From NCBI RefSeq assembly GCF_009914755.1, contig NC_060948.1: DNA of 64,000 bases; one strand, 5' to 3'. Made by a program: the position numbers and the translations under genes. How positions within the stretch are numbered: the stretch's first letter is position 1; every line of letters begins with the position of its first letter. The notes beneath the pieces are model-generated. The model was not told the origin of the DNA. It was given only the letters and a program-made list of their open reading frames with translations, and searched no databases. The stretch comes from the human T2T-CHM13v2.0 reference genome, Homo sapiens. This document shows, piece after piece, positions 38,699 to 57,989 of this stretch.

Positions 38699-41108
38699 TT
38701 TTTTAAACTTTTAGGTTCAGGAGTAAATGTGAAGGTTTATTATTTAGGTACTCTTATGTTTTGGGGGTTTGTTCTACAGATTATTTCATCGCCCAGGTAT
38801 TATGGCTACTATCCGTTAGTAGTTTTTCCTGCTCCTCTCCCTCCTCTCATATTCCACCATCTCGTAGGCCTCGGGGTCTCCTTTTTTCTGTATGTCCATG
38901 CATTCTCATTGGTTAGCTCCCACTTAAAAATGAAAACATGCAGTATTTTGTTTTCCGTTTCTCCATTAATTTGCTCAGGATAATGGCCTTCGGCTTCATT
39001 CATGTTCATACAAAGAACATAATCTCATTTCTTTTTTATGTCTGCATAGTATTCCATGACAAATATATACCACATTTTCTTTACACAGTCTACCCTTGAT
39101 GGGTATTTCAGTCATTCCATGTCTTTGCCGTTGTAAATAATGCTTCAGTGAACATATACATGCATTTATTTTTATAAAAGACTGATTTATACTCCTTAGG
39201 TTAGATACCCAGTAATGATCTTGCTGGGTTGAATGGTAGTTCTATCTTTAGGTCTTCAAGAAATTTCCACATTGTTTTTCACAATGGTTGAACAAATTTA
39301 CACTCCCACTAAAAGTACACAATCATTTTTTTTTCTCCAAAACCTCACTAGCACCAGTTATTGTTTGACATTTTAATAGCCGTTCTGACTAGTATGAGAT
39401 GTCATCTAATTGTAGCTTTGATTTGCATTTCTCTGATGATCAGTAAGATTGAGCTTCTTTTTATATGGCTTTTGGCTACATGCATATTCTATTTTGAAAT
39501 ATATCTGTTTCCCATGGGGTTGTTTGTCTTCGGCTTGTTAATGTGGGTAAGTTCCTTACAGATGTTGGATATTAGACTTTTGTGAGGTGCATAGTTTGCT
39601 AATATTTTCTTTTATTCTATAGGCTTTGTGTTGTTGATAGTTACTTTTACTATGCAGAAGTTCTTTATTTTAATAACATCTCTTTGGTCAATTTTTGGTT
39701 GCATTGCTATTGCTTTTGGTTTCCTCATCATAAAATCGTTTCCTATTTCTATGCCAGAATATTGTCTAGGTGATCATCCAGAGTTTCTACAGTTTTAGGT
39801 TTTCCATTCTAATCTTTAATCCATCTTGAGTTATTTTTTGTGCATGGAGTGAGAAAAGAGTGAAGTTTTAATCTTCTGCATATAGCTAGAGAGTTATCTC
39901 ATCACTTATTGATGAGGGAGTTCTTTTCCCTTTGCGTATCTTTGACAACTTTGTTTAAGATCTGATGGTTGTATATACGCAGCTTTGTTTGTATTATCTA
40001 AACTCTCCTGTTGGTCTATATGTCTGTTTTCATACCAGTATTATGCTGTTACTATAACCTTGTAGTATATTTTGTATATACACTGTAGTGTAGTATATTT
40101 TATAGCCAGGTAGTGTGATGCCTCTTGCTTTTGCTTTGTTTTTGCACAGGAACTTTCTGTTTGGGCTGTTTTTCAGTTGCATGTAAATTTTATAATAGTT
40201 TTTTTTCCCCCAATTCTATAAAGAATGTCATTTGTAGTTTAATACAAATAACATTCAATCTGTAATTGCTTTGGGCAGTTTGGCCATCTTAATAATATTG
40301 ATTCATCCTATTTGTGACCATAGCAAAATTTTCATTTTTTTATGTCACCAGTGAATTGTGTTTTGTATATCTTGGTACAGAGATCATTTATCTACCTGAT
40401 TTAGTTGTATCCCTAGGTGGTTTATTCTTTTTGTAATTACTGTGCAAGAGATTATATTTTTGATTTGGCTTTCTGCTTGAACATTGTTGATTTTTAAAAA
40501 TGATACTAATTTTGTACATTAATTTTCTCTTCTGAAACTTTGCTAAAATTGTTTTTCATGTCTAGGAGCTTTCTACCAGAGACTATAGGGTTTTCTAAGT
40601 GTAGACACATCATCCACAAAGAGAGATGGTTTGACTTTCTTTACCCTTATTTAAATGCTTCTATTTCTTTCTTTTGCCTGATTAATCTGGTTAGAACTTT
40701 CAGTATATGTTGAATAGGAGTCGTGTGTATAAACATCCTTTCTTCCCTACTCTTCCAGGTTTTGTTGTTGTTGTTGTTGTTGTTTATTTTTTTTTGGTTT
40801 TTGTGTTTTTTTTAACCATTTAGTATAACCCTGGCTGTGGGTTTGTCATAGATGGCTCTTATTATTGTGAGATGTTATTTTTCAATGCCTAGTTTATGGA
40901 GGTTTTAATAGAAAGAGATGCCAAATTTCTCTAAGAGCCTTTTCTGAATCTACCAAAATAATCTTCTTTAAAAAGTTTGGTTTATGTGGCTAATCACATT
41001 TACTAAATTGCAAGTTTTGAACCATCCTTGCACTACAAACATCAGTCTTTCTTGATCATGGCAGACTAACTTTCTCATGTGCTACCGGATTCAGTTTGCT
41101 AGTATTAC
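38699..41108 (-). mobile_element. LINE-1 L1PA13-16 type 3' portion, contains a (GTT)n tract near 40762
   Basis: 3' end aacttttaggttcaggagt...acagattatttcatcgcccaggta. ORF2 homology runs to ggattcagtttgctagtatt. Confidence 0.8.
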
Positions 41109-44100
41109 ATTTGAACTTGAGGTGCCACTATACCACCATGTTTCCAGATAATAGGAACGCTTGCTGTGTTTCTTACCATTTCTACCATCTGATCATTTTG
41201 TTCGAACAGCTGAACATAGTGTCACCATGGCACACAGTGTGAGAAGTGCAATTCAAGCTAAACATCCCCTTAGGGGATGAATCAATAATGATTCCATAGG
41301 AATGGTTGTGCAGCACCTCTGCCTGTTCTGCATTGCAGTCTTCCGAAACAAGTACATTTATTATTTCTGGCCAGGTTCAATTCTGTTTACAAATAGATTT
41401 TTGAGGGTGGTATGCTTCAATTATAGAAGCAGATTTATTATGATAAATACTGACACCAGAAAGCCTGTGTAACTGTGTCATGGAGTGATTACATCCAGGC
41501 ATTATTGCCAGCCAAGGCTGATAAATATCCCCAATAAGTATAATTGTTCTCTGTGTCAGCCCTTGTTGAAGGAATACTCATGGCAGTGGTGATTACCGCT
41601 ATCATAGCTATCATTAAATTAATCATTGTGATTGGAAGGCTCAATGTCCCTCTTTCCTCAGGTTTTCTTCTGCCATCTGTGACAGCTTCTTGATCTGTCC
41701 CCACATAGGTGGCTGTGTTCAACGGGTGTTGCTTGTGACAGTTGGGGTCCTTCTCAGCCTCAGTCTTGACATGGCTGCAACCGTGGGGTCCTCAGGATCC
41801 TCCTGGAATCTCTTCCTTGGCGTCTGGCTCATGATAAGGTTTCAGGTGTCTTGGTGGTATCCAAATTGGCTGCTGGTTCTGGCCTGGAGAAACACAAGAA
41901 TAACCTCTAGCCTAAGTTATTATTTTATCTATTTCCCAACTATTTGTTATCAGATCTCTCCACTAAAGCAGTTGTTATGCTTCTGTCTTTGCAGCTGGTT
42001 TCTGTAGATGCTGTTCAGCTGCTGATAACATCTGGCCTTTATGCAGGCTCAAAAAATTTGGAGTTAATAAAGTTCAGTTATATATGTGATGTCCCTGTTT
42101 CCCCCTTTTTCTGTTTTTGTTAACTGCTGTTTCAGGGAGAGATTCATTCTTTCTACTATGGTTTGTCCTTGAGAATCATATGGGAGGCCAGTAATGTGTT
42201 TAATATTCCATATAGAGAAAATGTAGCTAGAGCTTGGCTGGGATAGTCTGGGACATTATCTGTTTTAATAGAAGCTGGAATGTCCATCACTGCAAAACAC
42301 TGCAAAAGGTAATGTTTAACACAAGCAGAAGACTCTCCTGATTGGCAGGTAGCCCAGACAAAGTGAGAAAAAGTGTCCACACATACATGTACATAAACTA
42401 GTTTCCCAAATGAGGGAACATGTGTGACATCCATTTGCCAAAGAGCATTAGGTTTCAATCCTCGAGGATTAACTCCTTTTGTAAAAGATGAAGAATGTAC
42501 CATTTGGCAAGATGTGCATCGCTGAATAATCACTTTAGCTTCTTTCCAGGTAATGCTGTATCTGCGTTTGAGACCAGAGGCATTTACATGGGTTAAGTTG
42601 TGAAAGTGTCTAGCATTAGACATTGCAGTAGCAACTAGATGATCAGCCATTTGATTCCCTGCAAAGGTCCTGGAAGTAGTGTATGAGCCCTAATGTGATT
42701 GATGTAAAAAGGGTGTATTCTACTCCTAACTGCTGTTTGCAATTGAATAAATAAAGTCATCAGTTGTTCATCTACATGAAATCATAACTGAGCATTTTCA
42801 ATTAATTGTGTGGAATGAACCACACATAAAGAATCAGAAATCACATTAATAGGCATATCAAAGTAGTCAATACCTCAATTACAGCTACAAGCTTGGCTTT
42901 TTGAGCTGAAGTTTAGGGCATCTGGAAAACTCTACCTTTTGAGCCAGAATAAGAAGCTTTACCATTACTACACCCATCTGTGAAGACATTCTCAGCACCT
43001 TTAGTTGGTTTAAATTTAGTTATTTCAGAGAGAATCCAATTAGTTAATTTCAAAAATTGAAACAGTTTCATTTTAGGAAAATGATTATCAAGAATACTCA
43101 CAAAGTCAGCTAAATGGGTTTGCCAAGTAAGACTATTTATAAAAGCTTGCTCTATTTGTGCCTTCTTGAGAGAGACAATAATTTCTTTAGGATCATATCC
43201 ATGTAATTTAACAATCCAAGTTCTCCCATTTCCTGTCATAGTAGCACTTGGATCCAAATAAGGAGTTAGAGTTTGTGAATTAGTATGTGGAAGAAAAAGC
43301 CACTCTAAAAGATCTTTCTCTTGAACAATAACACCAGTAGGTGAATGATGAGTTGGAAAAATTAGCAAATCTAGAGTCTTCTCTGGATTTATTCTGTTTG
43401 TTTGAGCTTTATGGAATTGCTTTTGAATCAGCTATAATTCTGCCTCGGCCTCCTTTGTTAATTGTTATTACCCAATAAGCTGCTTTGCCTTGTTTATTTA
43501 TGCTTCCAAATCCTCCTGTTCATTTAATTTCACTTTTTTCCATTCCCACATATGGCAAAATCAGAAGTTGTGCTATATGCTCTTCTGGCTCTGCTTTCCA
43601 GGGAACAGAAGTAGGTATAACAATTTGAATTTCCCCATTATAATCTGAATCAATGACTTCTGTATGTACTTGCACTCCTTTTTAATTTAAATATATCTAC
43701 CTAGAAGTAATCCTACCATCCCCATTGGCAACATCTGACTGGAGACAGCAATATTCTTTAACAGTAACATAATAAAAGGAAAACCTGGTCCATATTGATT
43801 AATAGCTTGTTTAAATTCTTTGAGTAATTTAAAAGGGAAAGGTTCAAATGTAGCTATATTTCCCTGTTGATTTAGGGGGTGTATTCTAACAGGGAACTGC
43901 CATGCCTCTATATCACGCTCTCATCTAGCTTGCTGAATTCCTGCCTGAATAGAACTGAGAGTGGTCGCTTGAGGTGCTGCTTGAACAGTCACTGGGGAAA
44001 CTACTTTTCACCCAGTGTCCTCTGGAAAAGAATGATATGGAGGTTCAGGCCATGCTTTTTCTTCAAAATAAGGATGATGTGAAGAAGGGTAGGGATGGAC

Positions 44101-44389
44101 CTCTTCCTCCTTTGACACTTTAGCTGGCAAACAAATCTGCTGTTACCTCTTCTGTTACTTCATTTTACTTTTCTTCCTCCTCTTCATTAGTGTGAAAAGG
44201 TTCCAAGGGGGAACAAACCAGAGTACACAGTTGTCCCATTGTTACTCTGATGCTTCCGAGCTCCCCTTCTTACTCACCACAGGGACAGCTTAAGAGTAGT
44301 TGGGTGTCCTCCAGCTTAGTTCCACATTCTCAAATCATCACTCTGGTGACCCTTTGACCTGGGTTCAAGCCCCATGCATGGGCACCACT
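41109..44389 (-). mobile_element. HERV-K(HML-3)/HERVK9 internal region, internally deleted, 3' end lost
   Basis: gag MGQLCTLV at 44239; dUTPase GLLLGR...VIDSDYNGEI...GGFGS (~43500-43730); RT connection/RNase H VFTDG (ORF 42913-43368); integrase HHCC and WQMDVTH (ORF 42156-42650); env N-terminus ...NYTYWGY (ORF 41489-41722). Confidence 0.92.
44369..44387 (-). promoter_or_regulatory. Primer binding site, tRNA-Lys type
   Basis: TGGTGCCCATGCATGGGGC on minus, 2 nt after the LTR end, similar to TGGCGCCCAACGTGGGGC. Confidence 0.75.
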
Positions 44390-44868
44390 TGCCGAGAATA
44401 GCTTCATCATGGAGACCCTAACCCAGTGGCGCTAGAGGAATTAAAGATACACACATAGAGAGTGTGGAGTGGGATATCAAGGGACTTACAGCTTTCAGAG
44501 ATTGGAGCCCCAAACAGAGTTTTACCCACATATTTATTGACAGCAAGCCAGTGATAAGCATTGTTTCTACAGATTAACTAAAAGTATTCCTTACAGGAAA
44601 CAAAGGGATGGGCTCTGGCTAGTTATTTGCAGCAGCAATATATCCTTAAGGCACAGATCGCTCATGCCATTGTTTGTGGTTTAGGAGCACCTTTAAGTGG
44701 TTTTCCGCCCTTGGTGAGCCAGGTCTCCTTTGCCTTCATTCGGGTAAACACACAACTTTCAGCGTGGGTGTCATGGCCATCACAAGCATGTCACAGTGCT
44801 GCAGAGATTTTGTTTATGGCCAGTTTTGGGGCCAGTTTATGGCCAGATTTGGGGGCCTGTTCCCAACA
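44390..44868 (-). mobile_element. MER9 5' LTR of the HML-3 provirus
   Basis: Begins TGTTGGGAACAGGCCCCCAAATCTGGCCATAAACTGG, ends ...TCGGCA, contains AATAAA (tttatt ~44533). Confidence 0.88.
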
Positions 44869-44932
44869 GAAGTGAGGATGGCAAATTAGTATCAAAGATA
44901 TAGTTACTTTAGCTTCCAAATTCCACCCATCT
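44869..44932 (-). mobile_element. Polypurine tract and first ~52 nt of the 3' LTR of a class III ERV
   Basis: AGATGGGTGGAA then TTTGGAAGCTAAAGTAAC...CACTTC. Hand alignment gives 34/52 ungapped identities to the LTR start at 49260. Confidence 0.65.
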
Positions 44933-44950
44933 AATAAGGTTCTTATACTC

Positions 44951-45290
44951 TATTTGTCCGTTTTCATGCTGCTAATAAAGACACACCTGAGACTAGGCAA
45001 TTTACAAAAGAAAGAGGTTTAATGGACTTACAGTTCCTTGTGGCTGGAGAAGCCTCACAATCATGGCAGAAGGCAGGGAGCAAGTCACATCTTATGTGGA
45101 AGGCAGCAGGCAAAGACAGAGCTTGTGCAGGGAAATGCCTCCTTGTAGGACTATCACATCTTGTAAGATTCATTCACTCTCACAAAAACAGCATGAGAAA
45201 GACCTGCCTCCATGATTCCCACTTGGGCCCTCCCACAAAACATGGGAATTCAAGATGACATTTGAGTTGGGATACAGCCAAGCCACATGA
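44951..45290 (-). mobile_element. THE1 (MaLR) solo LTR
   Basis: gtccgttttcatgctgctaataaagaca...gaagcctcacaatcatggcagaagg. 5-bp TSD tactc (44946-44950) / cactc (45291-45295). Confidence 0.9.
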
Positions 45291-45295
45291 CACTC

Positions 45296-46931
45296 TTGTG
45301 CACCCTCCTTTATGGTGATGGTCCCTGAGTCTCTGAGTTGGGTAGGAAACTGGGTGATATGTTTCATCAATTTGTTTTCTGCTTGTAAGCAGAGGTCACA
45401 GCAACACCATAGACAATAGCAGGTAAAAATACCAATGTCAAGTATTAGACAAAAAAATTAATAATACTTTATGCCACCAAAATCCCCAGGATCCAAATCA
45501 AAAGGAGAGCCATTGGGGGAAAGAAATTGTAGAGTCAGAACAAAACTGGACAGAGAAGGAGTTTGACGAATTGACAGAAGTATGGTTCAGAAGGTGGGTA
45601 AGAACAAACTCCTCCAAGCTAAAGGCACATATTCAAACCCAATGCAAGGAAGCTAAGAACCTTGAAAAAAGGTTTAAGGAATTGCTAATTAGAATAACCA
45701 GTTTAGAGAAGAACATAAATGACCTGATGGAGCTGAAAAACACAGCAGGAGAACTTCATGAAGCATACAAAAGTATGAATAACTGAATCATTCAAGTGAA
45801 AGAAAGGGTATCAGTGATTGAAGATCAACTTAATGAAATAAAGCATGAAGACATCATTAAAGAAAAATGAATAGAAAGGAATAAACCTTCAAGAAATATG
45901 AGACTATGTGAAAAGACCAGACCTATGTTTGGTTGGTGTACCTTAAAGTGATGTGGAAAATGGAACCAAGTTGGAAATCACTTCAAAATATTACCCAGGA
46001 GAGCTTCCCCAAACTAGCAAGACAGGCCAGCGTTCAAAATCAGGAAATACAGAGAACATCACAAAGATACTCCTTGAGAAGAGCAACCCCAAGACACATA
46101 GTCTTCAGATTCATCATGGTTGAAATGAAGGAAAAAATGTTAAGGGCAGCCAGAGAGGAAGGTTGAGTTACCCAGAAAGGGAAACACATCAGACCAACAG
46201 TGGATCTCTCTGCAGAAACCTACAAACCGGGGCAGGGGGCGGGGGGGGGGGGGCAATATTCAACATTCTTACAGAAAAGAATTATCAACCCAGAATTTCA
46301 TATCCAGTCAAACTTCATAAGCTTCATAAGCGACAATCCTAAGCAAAAAGAAGAAAACTGGAGGCATCACACTACCTGACTTCAAACTATACTACAAGGC
46401 TATAGTAACCAAAACAGCATGGTACTGGTACCAAAACTGATATATAGACAAAAAGAACAGAACAGAGGCCTCAGAAGTAACACCACACATCTACAATCAT
46501 CTGATCTTTGATAAACCTGACACAAACAAGCAATGTGAAAAAGATTCCCTATTTATAAATGGTGTTGGGAAAACTGGCTAGCCATATGCAGAAACTGGAC
46601 CCCTTCCTCACACCTTATGCAAAAATTAACTCAAGATGGATTAAAGACTTAAACGTAAGATGTACAACCATAAAAATCCTAAAAGAAAACCTGGGCAATA
46701 CCATCAGGACATTGGCATGGGCAAAGTCTTCATATCTAAAACACCTTAAAAAATGACAACAAAAGCTAAAATAGACAAATGGGACCTAATTTAACTAAAG
46801 AGCTTCTGCACAGCCAAAGAAACTATCATCAGAGTGAACAGGCAACTTACAGAATGGGAGAAAATTTTTGCAATTTACCCATCTGACAAAAGGCTAATAT
46901 CCAGCACCTTCAAATAACTTAAGCAACTTTA

Positions 46932-46965
<34 letters not shown>

Positions 46966-47985
46966 ATCAAAAATTGGCCAAAGGAAATGAAAAGACAACT
47001 CTCAATAAAAGACACTTGTGCAGCCAACAAACATATTTAAATAAGCTCATAATCATTGGTCATTAAAGAAATGCAAATCAAAACCACAATGAGATACCAT
47101 CTCATGCCAGTTAGAATGAGGATCATTAAAAGGTCAGGAAACAACAGATACTGGAGAGAATGTGGAGAAATATGAACCCTTTTGCACTGTTGGTGGGAGT
47201 GTAAATTGGTTCAGCCATTATGGAAGACAGTGTCATGATCCCTCAAGGATCTAGAACTAGAGATACAATTTGACCCAGCAATGTCATTACTAGGTATATA
47301 CCCAAAATATTATCATTCCACTATAAACACACATGCTCAAGTATGTTTATTGTGGCCCCGTTCGCAATAGCAAAGACTTGGAACCAACCCAAATGTCCAT
47401 CAATGATAGATTGGATAAAGAAAATGTGGCACATATACACCACGTAATACTATGCAGCCATGAAAAAGGATGAGTTCTTGTACTTTGCAGGACATGAAGC
47501 TGGGAATCATCGTCCTCAGCAAACTGTCACAAAAACAGAAAGTCAAACACCACATGTTCTCACTCATAAGTGGTAGTTGAACAAGAAGAACACAAGGACA
47601 TGGGTAGGGGAACATCACACACTGGGGCCTCTCAGGGTGTCGGGGGCTAGGGGAGGGATAGCATTAGGAGAAATACTTAATGTAGGTGATGGGTTGATTG
47701 GTGCAGCCAATGACCATGGCACGTGTGTGTAACAAAACTGCACGTTCTGCACACGTACATCAGGACTTAGCAACGACAAAAAAAAAAAAAAACTGCCAAA
47801 AAAAATACAGAAATAGTAGAGTCAGAGATTGCTATTATTTTTTCATCCATATGTTTGTAGGGTTATAGTTTTATTGCCACAACTGTCAGGAATGTGTACA
47901 CAACTTCCACTCTTAATAATGGCACTAGTTGTCCCCTGTGCAGAAGTTAATGTATTTAATGTCACACAATTTTGTAGAATGTAGA
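45296..47985 (-). pseudogene. Retroviral env TM remnant split by an L1 (coding pieces ~47827-47985 and ~45296-45539)
   Basis: ILQNCVTLNTLTSAQGTTSAIIKSGSCVHIPD is a degenerate ISD plus CX6CC (LQNRxALDxLTAAQGGTCAxIxxECCVYIPD). It continues across the L1 TSD as ISDSTISFPQWLSF*FGSWGFWWHKVLLIF...CYCLWCCCDLCLQ. Confidence 0.8.
45540..47808 (+). mobile_element. LINE-1 L1PA7/8 type, 5'-truncated in ORF1, ~2.8 kb internal deletion
   Basis: ORF1 pieces 45571-46166, jump to late ORF2 at ~46332, 3' UTR and A-tail. 18-bp TSD agaaat(t/a)gtagagtcaga at 45522-45539 and 47809-47826. Confidence 0.93.
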
Positions 47986-47989
47986 CATA

Positions 47990-48786
47990 AGGGACACTTC
48001 AAAGTTCATTAAAGAAATACCTCGGAAGCAGTCATTGAGAGCACATTGTAATTAAGGATTTCTACATGCCACATCATTCTTAATGCCTAGAGATGATACA
48101 AAGACAAATAATCATAACAATGAAAGTCAAGGTGTACTCTCAGAAAATGAAGGTTTCTTGAAAAGACTGTTCACTATTGTTCAGCTGCTTCTGCTGGGCT
48201 TTTGCTTTCCATTGGATTAATGTTCTTAATTATAAAATGAGAGCATGATCCTCCTCCAGCTTCAAGGTAACATCTATGTCATCATCGGACTCAATAGTTC
48301 ATTCCCAATAATTCTAGGTCTTAATATCCCAATCCAGGTTAGTACTTTTGCTCAACAGGGTTACAAAACTCCCAGTAATACAAAATTGGCAGACTAGCTT
48401 CCAAATGTTCTTCTGGAGTTTTGAGCTTATTTAACAAGTTAGACACTAACAAAGACATGGAGGCCCTCATATCCTTGTCTAACTGTAATTCTTCCTCTAA
48501 CTTTCACATCATCACCTCAGCTGCTAACTGTGCTTCTGTGATCACTCACAGCTCAAAAGAACAAGCCCAGTGTTGTCATTGTACAGCCATCTTCCTTTCT
48601 GTGTGCCATTTAGTTTTCTAATAACAAGTGCTCTACATTGCCTGGCATTTTTAGGACAACTCCATACTCATGCAGTGGTCCACTTGCATTTAGAAAATGG
48701 GCAACACCACCCTACCCAGATGATAACGACCCAGAGATTTCCCCTGCTGATCACTTTTTCCACTTGTCCATACATTGGTTCTTAGT
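47990..48786 (-). pseudogene. Class III (ERVL/HERV-S-like) gag N-terminal remnant
   Basis: Coiled-coil-like ITEAQLAAEVMM*KLEEELQLDKDMRASMSLLVSNLLNKL and DWDIKT*NYWE, similar to the ERVL gag WDPxTW motif. Lies directly after a PBS. Confidence 0.55.
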
Positions 48787-48807
48787 TTCCTGCTGGCTAC
48801 CTTGCCA
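48787..48807 (-). promoter_or_regulatory. Degenerate primer binding site, tRNA-Ser-like
   Basis: TGGC[AAG]GTAGCCAGCAGGAA vs TGGCGTAGTCGGCAGGAT, 2 nt after an LTR-terminal CA. Confidence 0.55.
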
Positions 48808-48809
48808 GT

Positions 48810-49260
48810 TGTCTTGTGAAAAGGCTATATATGTAAAGTAATTCCTAAATGCAGAAGTGGCCTAAAAATGAAGAATCAGGCAGACAAATCCAGGTTGTCA
48901 ATGGGAGTTGATTTTCTAGGGAACTAACAAACAGAACACGGTCTTGGGTGGTTACAAGTCTGGTACTTTGAGGTGCTGTTACCCCCAAACTCAAGTATCA
49001 AACACTATAGGGAAAGTGTCTATGTGCTCTATAAAATTTTGCAGAACGATTAAATATTCAGGAAAAGATAAGAATGCTATATAAAAAATATTCTGCAATT
49101 TTTGCAGTAATATCAGAGTTGTTTGACCTAAGGTCAGGATTTACATTAAGTACATGCAAAAGTAAGTACAGTAGAAATCTTAGACATTTCCTGAGCTGGT
49201 GTTAATCAGAAGTAGACATTGCAGACTAGCATTAAAGATGGAAGAATTTAAGCCTCCACA
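48810..49260 (-). mobile_element. 5' LTR of class III ERV (LTR47-like)
   Basis: TG...CA ends. Start TGTGGAGGCTTAAATTCTTCCATCTTTAATGCTAGTCTGCAATGTCTACTTCTGATTAAC resembles the recalled LTR47 start and the copy at 44869-44920. Confidence 0.7.
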
Positions 49261-49956
49261 GTCAGTTTCCTTTTCCTGTGCATAAATGTTATCTCTCCAT
49301 ATAGCAGTCATGGGGTCACTATAAAACTACTAAAGTTCTGGGGACTACTCAATTAGCGAATTGTTCTCTCTTCAACTAAACTCTGTTTAGTTTAATTTGA
49401 GTAAAAGTTTTGTTTTATCAGTGTGGAGTCTGCATATTTTTCCCACATCTGTGTGAACTTTTTACAGGTATTTTTTTTTTCTTACCACATCTCAAAGATG
49501 TGTATTTTAGGTTAATTGTCACGTCTAAACTGTCCCAGTACATGTGTGTGTTTACTTTGTGTGAAAATGGCATCCTATATAGGCTTGGCTCCAACCTTGT
49601 GTTCTAAACTGCTGGAAGAAGCTCTAGCCACTTGCAACCCTGAAGTGAAACAAGTAGAATAAAAACAAATGAAGGAATAATGAGTACAAGTTATTGTAAA
49701 TTAAAAATTTGTGAAGTATAGAATAATCTTCAAAATGCACAATAAACAATGAACAACGAGTATGTAAACAACAATGGGTATGTAAGCACTCAGCAAGACC
49801 ACCACACTTGCTATTGTTTGTTTTTGAACTACACAGTAGTAGGAGGTGATCATTATAATGTTTACTTTGTGAACATTATTTCATTTATTTAATCTACCAC
49901 TACTATAATTACTATCACCCGCTGGTTTACCAAAAGTCTGATAATAAGTATCTTGT

Positions 49957-56762
<6,806 letters not shown>

Positions 56763-56857
56763 CATATATATATATGTGTTTGTGTGTGTATAAATATATA
56801 TATATGTTGATTTTTAAAATTAATCTTAAATGTACACAAGAGCTCACATTTATTTGA

Positions 56858-57152
56858 GTTTTGTTTTGTTTTGTTTTGTTTGGAGATGGAGTCTCACTCT
56901 GTCGCCGAAGCTGGAGTACAGTGGTATGGTCTTGGCTCACTGCAACACCCGCCTCCCTTGTTCAAGTGATTCTCCTGCCTCAGTCTCCCAAGCATCTGGG
57001 ATTACAGGCGCATGCCACCATGCCAGACTAATTGTTTGTATTTTCAGTAGAGACAGGGTTTCACCATGTTAGTCAGGATAGTCTAAATCTCCTGACCTCG
57101 TGATCTACCCACCTTGGCCTCCCAAAGTGCTGGGATCAGAGGCATGAGCTAC
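56858..57152 (-). mobile_element. AluS (Sc-like) with (GTTTT)n tail
   Basis: gagatggagtctcactctgtcgcc...ttcaagtgattctcctgcc...ctcccaaagtgctggga. Confidence 0.9.
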
Positions 57153-57350
57153 TATTTTAGTTTTTAATAGCAGAAGTATTCCGCATTTTTTGTTTGAATA
57201 TTGGTGATGTTTCTGTGACTAGGACAATTCCATGGAATCCTGTCTTGTTTATATCAGTTAGGCTATGGTAAAACTGGTTAAATTATACTTCCTTTTCTTT
57301 AAAGTTACATTTTTGAAATCTATTGATAAATTAAGTGAAGACTTAGTGTA

Positions 57351-57875
57351 TGTAAATCTTTTTAAAATATAAAGGACTGTCTTGTAAGCTTTTCAAGCAA
57401 CGAATGTTCTTCTCAAGGACCTGAGACACAGCTCTTTAAAATAACATCATCAAGGAAGACAAAACCCCTATCTTTCAACTTTGCAAAACCTTATTTCCAG
57501 TAGGTACCTCACTTTGAGAATATCTTAAAGATATATATATTTTTTTCTCTATATAAAGTCAGTAAGCAAACACAGATGGCGACCCTCATTCCAAGGAGAA
57601 TTTATAATATATTATGTGTGACAAAAGCTTCTCTCAAGTTCTTATTTAAAATCAGTAATTATCTCAAAAATCAGTATATAACAGGTTTTCTGTGACTGGT
57701 TATTTGAAAGAATGCATTTTCTTCTACCAAATCTCATAAATGGATTGCCTCTGATGTGTATCACATTAGAATTGAATGCATATTAAAATATAAAACCTTT
57801 TTCCTTCTCTACTTTCGTAAAGAGATTTCTGGGTTGGCAGGATATTTTATGTTTAATTACCTTTTACCGAAACCA
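57351..57875 (+). mobile_element. ERV1 solo LTR, MER34-like
   Basis: ggattgcctctgatgtgtatcacatt...ttctgggttggcaggatatttt resembles the recalled MER34 R/U5. Confidence 0.55.
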
Positions 57876-57989
57876 ACTGCTCTTCAAAAGAAGCTACTTT
57901 CTAGATGAAGAGAAGGCTTATCTGACCTGAAGTCCCCTGCAAGGGAGACATAGATCTAGCACCATCAGGTGTCAGGGAAGACAGAAACA

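Noticed and set aside
44361-44387. tRNA gene fragment (GGTTCAAGCCC...CCA)
   Set aside because: It is the retroviral PBS next to the MER9 LTR; no full cloverleaf.
46320-46345. In-frame ORF1-ORF2 fusion or spliced L1
   Set aside because: Frames do not match at the junction and the ends are not GT-AG.
49265-49410. Possible ERV1 LTR 3' fragment
   Set aside because: Only ~60 bp resembles an LTR end; too short to support as a feature.
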